From contig JAGWJP010000001.1 in the NCBI GenBank assembly GCA_028865725.1, positions 143,143-207,142 on the forward strand: a stretch of 64,000 nt of DNA, written 5' to 3'. Every line of letters begins with the position of its first letter. Position 1 is the stretch's first letter. Shown in pieces: positions 8,378 through 18,382 of the stretch. This DNA comes from Patescibacteria group bacterium (GTDB lineage: Bacteria > Patescibacteriota > Minisyncoccia > UBA6257 > JACRHW01). Under the pieces are notes generated by a model. That model ran no database searches. It was given only the letters and a program-made list of their open reading frames with translations, and was not told the DNA's origin. A program made the position numbers and the translations under genes.

Positions 8378-9640
8378 TTATCGAAACGTGCTCCAGATAA
8401 ATGCAACAGATGTCGCCGTAGTAAGGAGAAGAGTGATGCCCATAAGAACGTTCGAAATAACCCCGCTTCTCATGTTGCCCATAATGGTTTTGTTGTTGGC
8501 AATAAGAAGCAGGATGAAAATAAGCGGAGGCGAAATAAGTCCAAAGAGAAGCGCGGTAAATATGAGGAGCTGGATTGGATTTATTCCAAAGACACTGATA
8601 CTTGCTCCGAGAATAGTTGCGGCGATCATGGTACTGTAGAATCCCTTTGCTTCACGAAATGTAAGATCGAGTCCTTCGCGCCACCCCCAGAGCTGCGCAA
8701 CTACATATGATACGGATCCTGCAAGAACGGGAATGGCAAGAAAACCGGTACCTACAATCCCAAGCGCAAAGATGAGCGAAGCTGCATTTCCGGCAATAGG
8801 TTTTAAGGCGGCCGCTGCTTCTGCTGCTGTGGTAATGGTGGTAATGCCGTGTGTGTGGAGTGTTGCGCCTGCAGCGATGATAATAAACCAGCTCACTACG
8901 TTGCTAAAAAACATGCCGAGCGTGGTATCTTCTTGCATAAGGTGGATACGATGTTTTGATACCATCCATCTTCGCGATGTTTTGTGCGATTCGCGATATT
9001 CCTCAATCTCTTCATCTGCCTGCCAGAAGAAAAGGTAAGGAGATATTGTGGTACCAAGAAACGCGACAAAAAGGGTGAGGTTTGTGCCGTTCCACGGGAG
9101 TGCAGGGATGAAGGTATTTTTGAGGACATCGCCCCAATCTATGTGAATGGTGAAGGGTACTATGAGGTAGGCGACGAGGACAAGTGCAAGCCACTTCATG
9201 TAAGACGCAAAACGAGGATAAGGAAGATAAATCATACTCCCGACAATGATAAAAGGAAATACGATTACATAACCAATTTCAGAAAACGGAACTACCAAGT
9301 GCGCGGCGGCGGCCATTCCCGCGAGATCTGCCCCGATGTTCAATATATTTGCAATGAGAACAATAAGGGCGAGGAGAGATAAGAGCCAGATCGAATAATG
9401 TTTTTTTAAATTCGCGGTGAGCCCAAGCCCGGTGGCAAGTCCGATACGCGCGCATGTCTCTTGCACGGCGGTCATGAGGGGGAACGTGATCACGGTAGCC
9501 CACAGCAGTTTAAATCCGCTTTGAGCACCCACCTGAGAATAGGTGGCGATTTCAGAGGGGTCATCATCGGAAGCGCCGGTAATAAGTCCAGGACCAAGGA
9601 TGGTACGAAAGAATTTTTTTATTTTTTTTGATGCGGTCAT
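8378..9640 (-). CDS. mntH: Nramp-family divalent metal (Mn2+/Fe2+) transporter.
   Basis: GPGLITGASDDDPSEIATYSQVGAQ is the Nramp consensus. The protein is polytopic, 420 aa. Confidence 0.85.
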   Translation of the reverse strand: MTASKKIKKFFRTILGPGLITGASDDDPSEIATYSQVGAQSGFKLLWATVITFPLMTAVQETCARIGLATGLGLTANLKKHYSIWLLSLLALIVLIANILNIGADLAGMAAAAHLVVPFSEIGYVIVFPFIIVGSMIYLPYPRFASYMKWLALVLVAYLIVPFTIHIDWGDVLKNTFIPALPWNGTNLTLFVAFLGTTISPYLFFWQADEEIEEYRESHKTSRRWMVSKHRIHLMQEDTTLGMFFSNVVSWFIIIAAGATLHTHGITTITTAAEAAAALKPIAGNAASLIFALGIVGTGFLAIPVLAGSVSYVVAQLWGWREGLDLTFREAKGFYSTMIAATILGASISVFGINPIQLLIFTALLFGLISPPLIFILLLIANNKTIMGNMRSGVISNVLMGITLLLTTATSVAFIWSTFR

Positions 9641-9795
9641 AAAAAAGATATACCACTCTTGAAAGTATATCAGATTTTTTTATAAACGGAGAGTTCGTGT
9701 GCCTATCGTATGGGGGGGTTATCCACACTCCAGACTGTAGTAGACATGCTAGAATAAAAAAAAGAGTAACAAGTGTGGAGTAGCATTAAACTTGA

Positions 9796-12700
9796 ATGGA
9801 AAAGGGTGTTATGGAGTTTATTTTTTCCCGCAATACCATACAAAAAAGATACATCGCTCGTGCAGTGAGCGGAGTGTTTTTTGTGCTGTGTTCTTTTGCG
9901 GCATTTATCGTTACCGTGCCCACCACGTCGGCCACGATCACCTCCCTTATTTCTTATCAAGGAAAACTGACGAATACGAGCAATGTCGCAGTAAGCGATG
10001 GGAGCTACACAATTAAGTTTCGCCTTTATACCGCTTCGAGCGGAGGAGTTGCTATTTATGCTGAACAGCAAACGGTTTCTGTCTCGAATGGTCTTTTTTC
10101 CGCCCTTATAGGAAACGGTACTCAGATTGAGGGGAGCGGTGCTTTGAGCTCCGTTAATTTTAACCAGGATCCTATCTATCTTGGCGTGCAAGTGCAATCC
10201 GATGCTGAAATGACACCGCGCAAACAGCTTGCTGCCGCCCCGTTTAGTTTTAATTCTGAACAGTTAGGTGGTAGGGCAGAATCTGCCTATGCGGTGCTTG
10301 CGGGGAGATCCGGCGGTCAAACCTTACAAGGCGGAACTGCCTCGGGCGAGGATCTTACGTTGCAATCAACCGCCAACGCGACGAAAGGAAAAATATTATT
10401 TGGAGCGAATTCTGCATATGATGAGGTGAATTCACGATTAGGAATTGCAACAACCACCCCAGGGTCAAGCCTTGTTATTCTTGGTGCTGATAATTTTGCT
10501 TCTTCCTCTGCGCTCAATGTTGTGAACGCAAGCGGGACATCGCTTTTATTTGTGCAGGACGATGGTGGTGTGGGTATTGGTACTTCCTCTTTATTGCAAT
10601 CTAAATTTGAGGTGAAGGGTTCAGATACCTCTCCTACGACGTCCGCCTTTTCTGTATATGATGGGAATGTTTCGAATCTTTTCAATGTGCACGATGACGG
10701 ATTTGTGTCGATAGGAACCGCGCTGTTACCGGGTGACGGAAATCCTGCAAACTTGTTCTCGGTCGCAGGGCAATCCTCAACGGGTAGCAATACTTCGATT
10801 ATAAATTATTCGAACTCATCCGCGGGCAATGATTTAATTTTTCTCAAAGCACGCGGTACTGTCGTGACGCCCACTGCTCCGTTGGCCGGAGATACATTGG
10901 GTAGTCTTCTTTTTAGTGGACATAATGGGAGCGTATTTAACGATGCAGGCGGCTCTGCGATTACGGCGCTCGCAGAAGAAGGGTGGAGCGGATCTGCACA
11001 GGGTTCCAACTTGGCTTTTTATACGACGAGTCTTGGCGCGACTTCAAAGACTGAACGCATGCGTATTACCGCAAACGGTTTGGTGGGAATCGGCACATCA
11101 ACTCCTGCTTCAGCGCTTGAGGTAAACGGCATTTCCGATATCACACAATTTACTATTCGCGCTAACAGTACACAGTCGACGTCCAGCCCCCTTATTACTG
11201 TACTTACAAGTACTAGTACCGAGTTGTTTCGGCTTTCTTCTGATGATCCATCAAATTTGTTTTTAGGAGCAAGCGCCGGAGCAGACAATACTGCAACACT
11301 TGGAGGAATTGATAATGTATTTATTGGTGGCACAGCGGGTAGCGTAAACACTACGGGGCAGGAGAATACGGGTATTGGGCAATCCACGTTGTTTAGTAAT
11401 GTAACCGGAATACAAAACTCTGCATTAGGGACCGGTTCATTATTGTCCAATGTGGGTGGTTCTGGAAATGTAAGCATTGGGTATAATGCAGGGCACGCAA
11501 ATGTCTCTGGAAATGATAATGTTTTTCTCGGTAATCAAGCGGGGTATAGCGAAACAGGCTCGAATAAGCTTTATGTTGCGAACAATTCCAGCACGCCGCT
11601 TATTTATGGTGATTTTGCTTCTGGAACCGTAGGTTTCAATACGACGTCAATTATCTCTCCCGCACATGTTACTGTTTCCAACGCGCTTGCAGTATCAACG
11701 TATGCCTCCTCCTTTTTCAGTACAAGTCCTGCGTCTAACTCAATACTTGTCCTTGCTGACTCGCGAGGAACTGCAGGGGCTCCTTCTGCGATACAGACGA
11801 ATGATCATTTGGGTATCATTGCGTTTACGGGTTATGGTTCTAGTACTATTGGAACAACGGGGGGGTCAGGGCTGTTAGGCTCTGCTACGGGAAATTGGTC
11901 TGATACTTCTCAACCATCGAGTCTCGGTTTCCTTACTACCTCAGTCGGCACTTCCACAAAAGCTGTCCGTATGATTATTGATGATGCGGGAAACGTAGGT
12001 ATTGGTACGACCGCACCTGCTTCTATGCTGGATGTATATGATGCTACAAGTTCGGGAAATACAGATGTATTTCGTATTCTCTCAGATGCAAGCAGTACTG
12101 GTAATGTAAAGTTTCGTGTTGATTCGGGGGGAAATGTATACAGCGATGGGGGAACGACAATGGGTACCCCTGCTGACGTCGCAGAAAATTATACTACCAT
12201 TGATCCTACGATCACTGCAGGAGATATCGTGAGCCTTACTCAAAATTCACTCGAAGTTGCAAAAGCATCAAGTCCGTATGATGCGCATCTCTTTGGTGTT
12301 GTTTCTACGAATCCTGGGGTACTTCTCGCGGGAAATCTTGGAAAAACAGGGAGTGCGAAACCTATTGCTCTTATGGGACGTATCCCTGTCCATGTTTCCA
12401 ATGAAAATGGACCGATTGCCATAGGGGATCCGATTACTTCAAGTCATACGCCTGGATTCGGGATGAAGGCTGTGCAATCCGGGCAAATTATCGGATATGC
12501 CTTGGAACCATACGATGGCGTGGCTTCCTCATCTACTATTTTGGTGTTCGCAGATTTGGGATATCACGCTGCTGATTCCGCGCTTGGCGGATTAGAGGGG
12601 GGTAGTTTGACTACGGGTGCTTCTACGCTATTTGAAAACGCGGTGACGCTCTTTAACGGCGCATTTAAGACGGCAGGAACCTGGTTGTTTGATACCATTC

Positions 12701-13047
12701 AGGCACATTTTGTGCAGTCTGATGTCGTGCATGTAAATACAGGTATTGAACTGGTGGATTCCAGCACCAACGATGTGTATTGTGTCACGATTCATGCGGG
12801 TGAAATTGTGAAAACAAAAGGAACATGTTCTGTAGATTCAACTTCGTTGCAAGCCCCCTCAGATTCTGCGAGTACGGAACAGACAGATTCTTTGCAAAAG
12901 ATAACGAGTTCTTCAACTCCTGCAGATTCCGTAACGCAAGCCTCTTCTTCTCCAAATGTAGATACTGATAAGAATGTTTCCTCGTCTTCTCCTGCCGTTT
13001 CCGCTACTTCTACAACCGAGGTATCCTCGAGTACCGCTTCCGAATAG
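9796..13047 (+). CDS. Large secreted repeat protein (1083 aa), resembling a phage tail-fibre or cell-surface fibre. It has IGTxxPxxxLEV-type repeats and a Ser/Thr-rich C-terminus.
   Basis: An N-terminal signal/TM segment (FFVLCSFAAFIVTVPTTSA) is present. Recurrent motifs include VGIGTSSLLQSKFEVKG, VGIGTSTPASALEVNG and VGIGTTAPASMLDVYD. The tail is SSSTPADSVTQASSSP...STTEVSSSTASE. Confidence 0.65.
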   Translation: MEKGVMEFIFSRNTIQKRYIARAVSGVFFVLCSFAAFIVTVPTTSATITSLISYQGKLTNTSNVAVSDGSYTIKFRLYTASSGGVAIYAEQQTVSVSNGLFSALIGNGTQIEGSGALSSVNFNQDPIYLGVQVQSDAEMTPRKQLAAAPFSFNSEQLGGRAESAYAVLAGRSGGQTLQGGTASGEDLTLQSTANATKGKILFGANSAYDEVNSRLGIATTTPGSSLVILGADNFASSSALNVVNASGTSLLFVQDDGGVGIGTSSLLQSKFEVKGSDTSPTTSAFSVYDGNVSNLFNVHDDGFVSIGTALLPGDGNPANLFSVAGQSSTGSNTSIINYSNSSAGNDLIFLKARGTVVTPTAPLAGDTLGSLLFSGHNGSVFNDAGGSAITALAEEGWSGSAQGSNLAFYTTSLGATSKTERMRITANGLVGIGTSTPASALEVNGISDITQFTIRANSTQSTSSPLITVLTSTSTELFRLSSDDPSNLFLGASAGADNTATLGGIDNVFIGGTAGSVNTTGQENTGIGQSTLFSNVTGIQNSALGTGSLLSNVGGSGNVSIGYNAGHANVSGNDNVFLGNQAGYSETGSNKLYVANNSSTPLIYGDFASGTVGFNTTSIISPAHVTVSNALAVSTYASSFFSTSPASNSILVLADSRGTAGAPSAIQTNDHLGIIAFTGYGSSTIGTTGGSGLLGSATGNWSDTSQPSSLGFLTTSVGTSTKAVRMIIDDAGNVGIGTTAPASMLDVYDATSSGNTDVFRILSDASSTGNVKFRVDSGGNVYSDGGTTMGTPADVAENYTTIDPTITAGDIVSLTQNSLEVAKASSPYDAHLFGVVSTNPGVLLAGNLGKTGSAKPIALMGRIPVHVSNENGPIAIGDPITSSHTPGFGMKAVQSGQIIGYALEPYDGVASSSTILVFADLGYHAADSALGGLEGGSLTTGASTLFENAVTLFNGAFKTAGTWLFDTIQAHFVQSDVVHVNTGIELVDSSTNDVYCVTIHAGEIVKTKGTCSVDSTSLQAPSDSASTEQTDSLQKITSSSTPADSVTQASSSPNVDTDKNVSSSSPAVSATSTTEVSSSTASE

Positions 13048-13105
13048 GAATTCTTGACTTCACTTTTTTCTGAAGTTACAGTAATTTATACGCTACGAAT
13101 ATTTT

Positions 13106-15448
13106 ATGGAGGACCCCCATTTTTTTTCTTTACAAGGTAACAAGGGACAGCGTTTGGATGTTGTGTTGCGCATTATTTTTGTTTCTGCGTTTTTTTTGAC
13201 GCCGCTTTTTTTTACCTCTATCACATTTTCTGGGATTCTTTTTGATAAATGGATGTGGTGGTGTGGCCTTACTCTTGTTGGGTTTGTGGTGTGGATTATT
13301 CGGGGCGCACTTCAGGGGAGTCTTTTTGTGCGAAGAAGTGCGCTCGATTTTTTTATTTTACTTTTTCTTTTGGTTGCAGGAATATCCACGCTATTTGGCG
13401 TGGATATTCGGCAAAGTATTCAAGGGACCCCCAGTGATCCTTCCTACGGCCTGGTTGCATTTGTAGCGCTTGCGGTGTGGTACATGGTTTTTCTTTCTTC
13501 CCTCGTGGCAAAAGAAGAAGTCATTTTTTATATTAAAACGCTAGTTTTTTCTCTTGGTATTGCTTTTGTGTATGCTTTTTTACAGCTTACTGGTATTTTT
13601 CTTCTTCCTTTTCAACTCACTCGTACGCGTTTATTTAATACGGTCGGCGGGATAGTTGATATGGCAATGGTGGCTGGAATTTTTATTCCATTATGTATGG
13701 GATGGGCGGGGAGCATGGCGGAAGGATTTGGCGCATGGGCGGCCGGAATTCTTTTTCTTATCGTGCTTGCCTATCTTGTTATGGTGAATGTCTATTTTGT
13801 GTGGATTGGACTTCTGGTCGGGATTGCGATTTACCTTGCATTTTTGATTTCACATCGCGTTGCGTATCCCAACAGACGTGCGGTATTGTGGATGGGTTTT
13901 GCAACCTTTCTCGTCTCGTTATTGTTTGTTTCTGTGGGTAGCTTTGGATTAAGTCCTTCTTTGAATCTTCCCCCCGTAGTTCATTTAAGCGCCCAATCTT
14001 CTTTTCAAATCATAACGCATGTGTTTCATGCTCACCCGCTATTTGGCAGTGGCCCTTCTACGTTTTCCTATTCATTTAGCGCATTTAGACCCCTCATGCT
14101 TAATCAGGGCTCTTATTGGAGTTTGCGTTTTTCGGTTCCGTCCCATTCGTGGTTCAACCTAGCAAATGATGAGGGAGTTATTGGGTTGCTGGCGGGCATT
14201 ATAATATTGTTCTTCCTCTCTTTTATATTTGCTAAACGACTTATCCGCAATTCTCATGATCTTTATTCTGGATGGTATGCTTCGCTTGTAATCTCTTTTT
14301 TCATATGTCTCATTTATTCTTTTTTTAACATCATTCATGGAGGAGTGCTTTTGATCATGTATAGTATTCTTGCGCTTGCTTTGGGATTACTCGTGTTTGA
14401 GGATCCTTCTTTTACGCATCATAGACGCATTTCTTTTTTATTTTCCCCTAAGCATTCATTATTGCTTTCTTTTCTTGTGGTTCTTGGCATTGCGTTTTCT
14501 GTTGTGATGGCGACAGTGCTTGTGCGTGCATGGATTGCCGATGTAGATGTCCATTATGCATTTTCCGCCCCGACTCTGGAAACAACCGTAGCGGCATTAC
14601 AGCACGCAATTATTCTTGCCCCCTGGCGCCCCGATTATCTTGAAATTCTTGCGAATGCGTATCTTACGGGTGCGCTTAATGAAGCGCAGCAAAAAAAACC
14701 CGATCCTGCTCGTTTTGAGCACGCTGCTTCGCTTGCTGTTGAGGCGGCCACTCACGCTACCGTAATGTCGCCGCGACAAATGGAGTTCTGGCAAACTTTG
14801 GGAGATATTTATGCAAAGCTCGGATCATTTATACAGGGTCCTTATGATCTTGCGATTGCAAGCTATCAGCATGCATCTTCGATTGAACCCAACAATCCGG
14901 GTCTTTTTCTGAGGATCGGTGACGTTGAGAGATTTTATTCCTCCTCTGCTTCTACTAATGCAGAGCGTACCGATGCGGCTACAAAAGCATATAATGCATA
15001 CATGAACGCCCTGCAACTTAAGAGTGATTATGCAGATGCATATGTGGGGTTGTCGCATCTTGCCGAAGCACAAGGAAATCTTGATGAAGCGATACAGGAT
15101 ATGGAATCTGCAGCGCGTATTGCCCCCTCTGATGTTACTATTCATCTCTATCTCGCCACATTATATTATAACAATGCGGTGGCGAAGGGAGATGATCAAA
15201 CGTCTCTGGCACGCGCAGAAACAGAAGCACAGCAGATTATCATTGCAGTGCCCAACAATCTCGATGCCTATGTGATATTGGGACGTATTTATGAGAAACA
15301 AGGAAAGATCTCCGACAGTAAGAGTGCGTTTCAAAAAGCCCTAGAGTTGGCAGATGATCCAACGCTTAAAACTTCGATTCAGCAAGAACTTGATGCCTTA
15401 CAGAACCCTCCCGCCCCCCTTTCCCATAGTTCTCCAAAAAAGAAATAA
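13106..15448 (+). CDS. Polytopic membrane protein with an O-antigen-ligase-like (Wzy_C) region and C-terminal TPR repeats.
   Basis: The N-terminal half, about 450 aa, is multi-TM. The C-terminal part has TPR-like repeats (AYVGLSHLAEAQGNLDEAIQDMESAARIAP, AYVILGRIYEKQGKISDSKSAFQKALEL). Confidence 0.6.
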   Translation: MEDPHFFSLQGNKGQRLDVVLRIIFVSAFFLTPLFFTSITFSGILFDKWMWWCGLTLVGFVVWIIRGALQGSLFVRRSALDFFILLFLLVAGISTLFGVDIRQSIQGTPSDPSYGLVAFVALAVWYMVFLSSLVAKEEVIFYIKTLVFSLGIAFVYAFLQLTGIFLLPFQLTRTRLFNTVGGIVDMAMVAGIFIPLCMGWAGSMAEGFGAWAAGILFLIVLAYLVMVNVYFVWIGLLVGIAIYLAFLISHRVAYPNRRAVLWMGFATFLVSLLFVSVGSFGLSPSLNLPPVVHLSAQSSFQIITHVFHAHPLFGSGPSTFSYSFSAFRPLMLNQGSYWSLRFSVPSHSWFNLANDEGVIGLLAGIIILFFLSFIFAKRLIRNSHDLYSGWYASLVISFFICLIYSFFNIIHGGVLLIMYSILALALGLLVFEDPSFTHHRRISFLFSPKHSLLLSFLVVLGIAFSVVMATVLVRAWIADVDVHYAFSAPTLETTVAALQHAIILAPWRPDYLEILANAYLTGALNEAQQKKPDPARFEHAASLAVEAATHATVMSPRQMEFWQTLGDIYAKLGSFIQGPYDLAIASYQHASSIEPNNPGLFLRIGDVERFYSSSASTNAERTDAATKAYNAYMNALQLKSDYADAYVGLSHLAEAQGNLDEAIQDMESAARIAPSDVTIHLYLATLYYNNAVAKGDDQTSLARAETEAQQIIIAVPNNLDAYVILGRIYEKQGKISDSKSAFQKALELADDPTLKTSIQQELDALQNPPAPLSHSSPKKK

Positions 15449-15485
15449 TCCGAAGCCGCCTATCTACACATATTATTCATATACG

Positions 15486-15941
15486 ATGGATATTTCTAAG
15501 GTCGCCGAGCATCTTTATGTAGGAGTTCAGCCCCGGGGCTCCGATTATGATATTTTGATTGATCTTCATGTGAAGCTTCTCATTGATATGCGAGCATTTC
15601 ATCCACCTCATGCCGATCCTGAAGGACGTGATATAGAAATGGTGTGGTTTCGGACGTATGATTCCTTTTTGACTCCCATTCCTGTATCTGTGTTGCATGA
15701 AGGGGCCGCTAAAGCCCTTCCGTTTTTAGAGGAGGAGAAGAGTGTCTTTGTGCATTGTAAAGGGGGACGGCATAGGTCGGTTGCTATGGCGTGCGCTATT
15801 CTCATCGCGCAAGGTTATTCTGCCAAAGAGGCTATGGGGTTGGTGGCGTATGCACGCCGCGCCGCCGATCCTTATATTTGGTATATCAAGCGACAGATTC
15901 AACAATTTGAGCGACAATGGAAGGAACGGCCGGTGAGTTGA
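15486..15941 (+). CDS. Dual-specificity/tyrosine protein phosphatase (CX5R).
   Basis: The P-loop VHCKGGRHRSVAMAC is present. The listed ORF start 15354 overlaps the upstream gene, so the in-frame ATG at 15486 (MDISKVAEHLYVGV) was chosen. Confidence 0.7.
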   Translation: MDISKVAEHLYVGVQPRGSDYDILIDLHVKLLIDMRAFHPPHADPEGRDIEMVWFRTYDSFLTPIPVSVLHEGAAKALPFLEEEKSVFVHCKGGRHRSVAMACAILIAQGYSAKEAMGLVAYARRAADPYIWYIKRQIQQFERQWKERPVS

Positions 15942-15974
15942 TAATCTAATACCCAAAAATGTGCGTTGTAATTT

Positions 15975-16001
15975 AAAAAACCGTCTCGGCGCGGTTTTTT
16001 A
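15975..16001 (+). terminator. Intrinsic terminator.
   Basis: aaaaaaCCGtctcggcgCGGtttttt. Confidence 0.5.
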
Positions 16002-16292
16002 TAGTTTGCGTGTCTTGTAGCGATGAAGGAGAAGAGGGGGGAGAGGGATGAACGAACTGAAACTATTATGTCATATTATAATATTTATGCCAATTTTTCG
16101 TGTGTTCTTATAGGTAGACAGGTCTATGCGTAGGGATAGCTTGGTGATCGGCTGGCTCAAGAACGATCTGAGAGGATTACGTTGCGGTATTGAGAATTAT
16201 CTCCTCATTGCATATGGTTTACAAATTATTTTGATATGATATGCTTTTAGTAGCTTTTTCATAAATAAATCGAATAGTGGAGGAAGAACATT

Positions 16293-16436
16293 ATGGAGGA
16301 AGATACGGTTCTACGAACGATCAATTTTCCCAGATCTTTGGATGACGCGTTGCGAGAAGAGGCGCGTCGAAGACGTATTTCCAAGAATGATCTTATTCGG
16401 CTTTTCTTACAGGAGGCACTAAGTAAGAAAAGTTAA
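16293..16436 (+). CDS. Ribbon-helix-helix (CopG/Arc/MetJ-like) DNA-binding protein, 47 aa. It is orphan, with no adjacent toxin ORF.
   Basis: Translation: MEEDTVLRTINFPRSLDDALREEARRRRISKNDLIRLFLQEALSKKS. An RBS (ggaggaag) sits 6 nt upstream. The gene is not in the ORF track because it is under 60 aa. Confidence 0.55.
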   Translation: MEEDTVLRTINFPRSLDDALREEARRRRISKNDLIRLFLQEALSKKS

Positions 16437-16462
16437 TTGTTCCTTATTTCAAATCAAAATTT

Positions 16463-16492
16463 CCCCGGTCAGATCGGGGTTTTTTCTTTTTT
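16463..16492 (+). terminator. Strong intrinsic terminator.
   Basis: CCCCGgtcagatCGGGGttttttctttttt. Confidence 0.65.
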
Positions 16493-16684
16493 CTTGCCAT
16501 ATTTTTGAAATATCGTAGGTATGGAAACCTGTGAAATGAATTTTTCTATGATTTATTATCATATATAAGTATTACGTGTCTTATTATAAGCCGCAGAATT
16601 AATCTTTGTAATGCAATTATTGTTATTTCCTTCTCATGTGTTAAAATACCCGCAGTTCATAAAATATGAAGAAGGAGTGAAGTC

Positions 16685-17041
16685 GTGCACGAACGGCTTG
16701 GAAAATGTGGACCTCTTCTCCAAATTCTTTTATCAGAAGGAAATCATTCGAAAAGATTGGTTGTTGAGGTGTGTCTGTCGGAATATCAATTACCGATTCG
16801 GGTGCATGGTGAGTCAAGAGATGATTTTATAGAAAAAGCAAAACATTATTTTGAAGAGCGTTCTGGATGTTTGAAAAATTTTTTTGCTTCTTCTGGTGTA
16901 CGTATCATGGATGAGCTTTGGTTAACAGGTAGCTTACGGGTTGAGTTAGAGGCACAGTTTCTTTTTTGTTTAATGGATAATCCTCTTTTTTCTCAAATTC
17001 GTTCGATTGAGCTTCCTCATGAGATTATTCCTGATTTTTGA
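16685..17041 (+). CDS. Hypothetical protein (118 aa) with a GTG start.
   Basis: RBS gaaggagtgaag lies upstream of a GTG. The ORF is followed by a 12-bp perfect palindrome. Confidence 0.4.
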   Translation: MHERLGKCGPLLQILLSEGNHSKRLVVEVCLSEYQLPIRVHGESRDDFIEKAKHYFEERSGCLKNFFASSGVRIMDELWLTGSLRVELEAQFLFCLMDNPLFSQIRSIELPHEIIPDF

Positions 17042-17047
17042 TCCAGA

Positions 17048-17074
17048 ATAACCCTATCTATCAGATAGGGTTAT
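17048..17074. repeat. Perfect 12-bp inverted repeat with a 3-nt spacer (ataaccctatct atc agatagggttat). It is either a terminator stem or a protein-binding palindrome.
   Basis: The exact reverse-complement arms are read directly from the sequence. The downstream T-tract is weak. Confidence 0.5.
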
Positions 17075-17232
17075 GTATTTATAGGATAGATTTTTTCAGT
17101 ATCACTTCACATTTGTCCCTCAAATAACATTCCACAGGCTTACGCTCGTGGTATTTCTTGATCCCTTCGGTTGCCAAGGAATACCCGAGTCGCGCGCCCT
17201 CTTCCTGCGGTATACGCTCTCCTGGGTTTAAT

Positions 17233-17253
17233 AAAAAACCACCGTTTTGGTGG
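17233..17253 (-). terminator. Intrinsic terminator for the minus-strand gene 17314..17622.
   Basis: The minus-strand reading is CCACCaaaacGGTGGtttttt. Confidence 0.55.
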
Positions 17254-17313
17254 AAGAAAATTTACTTTCATTAAGAAATTTTATATTCAGGAATTTCGGC
17301 GGCCCGCTATATT

Positions 17314-17622
17314 TTATGTGTGGGATTTTTTGGTTGCAAACCAATGGCGCCAATTCCACCAAGGATACCAGTGCTTTGGGGCGTCCTCAATAACGATGCT
17401 TCCGTAATTTCGTAACGTTTCTTCAAATTTTTCGGGCTTAGCCACATTTTGAGGAATTCCTTTTTCGACGGCACAAGGTTTGCAATGTCCATAAAAGAGT
17501 TCATAAGCGCGTCTTTTACAATACTGACACAACAACGTGGGTGGTGCTCCAAAAAGTCCTCCTGCATCAGCCAAGTAACCAGGGTGCTTTTCCCATTCGG
17601 GTTTGGAAGTGTTCTCGGTCAT
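17314..17622 (-). CDS. Hypothetical Cys-rich protein (102 aa) with a CxxC-x11-CxxC zinc-ribbon-like motif.
   Basis: RBS aaggtga lies upstream of the ATG. The motif is CQYCKRRAYELFYGHCKPC. Confidence 0.5.
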   Translation of the reverse strand: MTENTSKPEWEKHPGYLADAGGLFGAPPTLLCQYCKRRAYELFYGHCKPCAVEKGIPQNVAKPEKFEETLRNYGSIVIEDAPKHWYPWWNWRHWFATKKSHT

Positions 17623-17741
17623 TTTTTCTCACCTTTTTGGTTTGTGAACTAATGTAAGCATATCATTATTTATGTTTTTTGACAACAAAATTATTATAAT
17701 ATACTATTGTTATAGTACATTATTCTATTTTTGGGGGTACT

Positions 17742-18041
17742 ATGTCCGATCTATATCGTAAGGTTGATCCACAGACGCAATTTTTTTTGGAAGAAAAAAT
17801 AAACGCTGGTATTAATATTGCTTGTGAAGGATTTGTTGTCGTGTTTCAGGAGAGACTTGCAGAATTTCATGGGTGGTTGCGGCAAAATGAGTTGTGCATT
17901 GACTCTGAAATACAAGGAATTTGCACGTTTCATAATTGGTCAATTTCAGATATTCTTGGAATTTTGCGAGAAGATCCCCCTTGTCTTCAAAGGGTTGAGC
18001 TTGATAAGGGTTTTATTTCCGACGCGATGAATCAAGACTAG
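17742..18041 (+). CDS. Hypothetical protein (99 aa).
   Basis: The ORF has a ggggg run upstream and is followed by a hairpin. Confidence 0.4.
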   Translation: MSDLYRKVDPQTQFFLEEKINAGINIACEGFVVVFQERLAEFHGWLRQNELCIDSEIQGICTFHNWSISDILGILREDPPCLQRVELDKGFISDAMNQD

Positions 18042-18065
18042 TTTTCATCGTTAAATTATTATGAT

Positions 18066-18095
18066 AAAGGGCACACATGCCCTTTTCTTTATAGT
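18066..18095 (+). terminator. Putative intrinsic terminator.
   Basis: aAAGGGCAcacaTGCCCTTttcttt. Confidence 0.45.
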
Positions 18096-18354
18096 GGTTT
18101 CTCCATGTTTTGAAAATTTAACATAAAATTCTGGGTCTGACAGAATTTTTATTTTTGATAACGTGTGTGTTGTGGCACAGTGGATGTGATGCGAGGGTGA
18201 AAGAATATAAGATAGTTTCTATTAAACCTAAGACGAATACCCCGAGCGTGATGGCCGGGAAGTTTATTTTTTGGTATTAGGATCTTCTTAGTGTTCGTTT
18301 TTTTATTGCGAGTGCGCAATCGAAACCATCGATTTCTGTACGGATATAATAAAA

Positions 18355-18378
18355 ATCCCCTTATGGGGATTTTGTTTT
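18355..18378. terminator. Bidirectional hairpin terminator between convergent genes.
   Basis: ATCCCCttatGGGGATtttgtttt has T-runs on both strands. Confidence 0.5.
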
Positions 18379-18382
18379 CGGG

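Noticed and set aside
10317-11477. Antisense ORFs of 150-160 aa inside the 1083-aa gene. There are similar ones in gyrB (26865..27380, 27352..27843), dnaE, thrS and smc.
   Set aside because: They lie entirely within and opposite to strongly supported long genes, have no RBS and have low-complexity composition. They are spurious.
15354-15485. Listed N-terminal extension of the phosphatase ORF, overlapping the preceding gene by 95 nt.
   Set aside because: It overlaps the upstream CDS in another frame. The in-frame ATG at 15486 gives a compact phosphatase domain, so the ORF was trimmed.
16611-16832. Alternative 73-aa ORF overlapping 16685..17041 in another frame.
   Set aside because: The longer GTG-initiated ORF with an RBS was preferred. 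Neither has homology support, so both remain uncertain.
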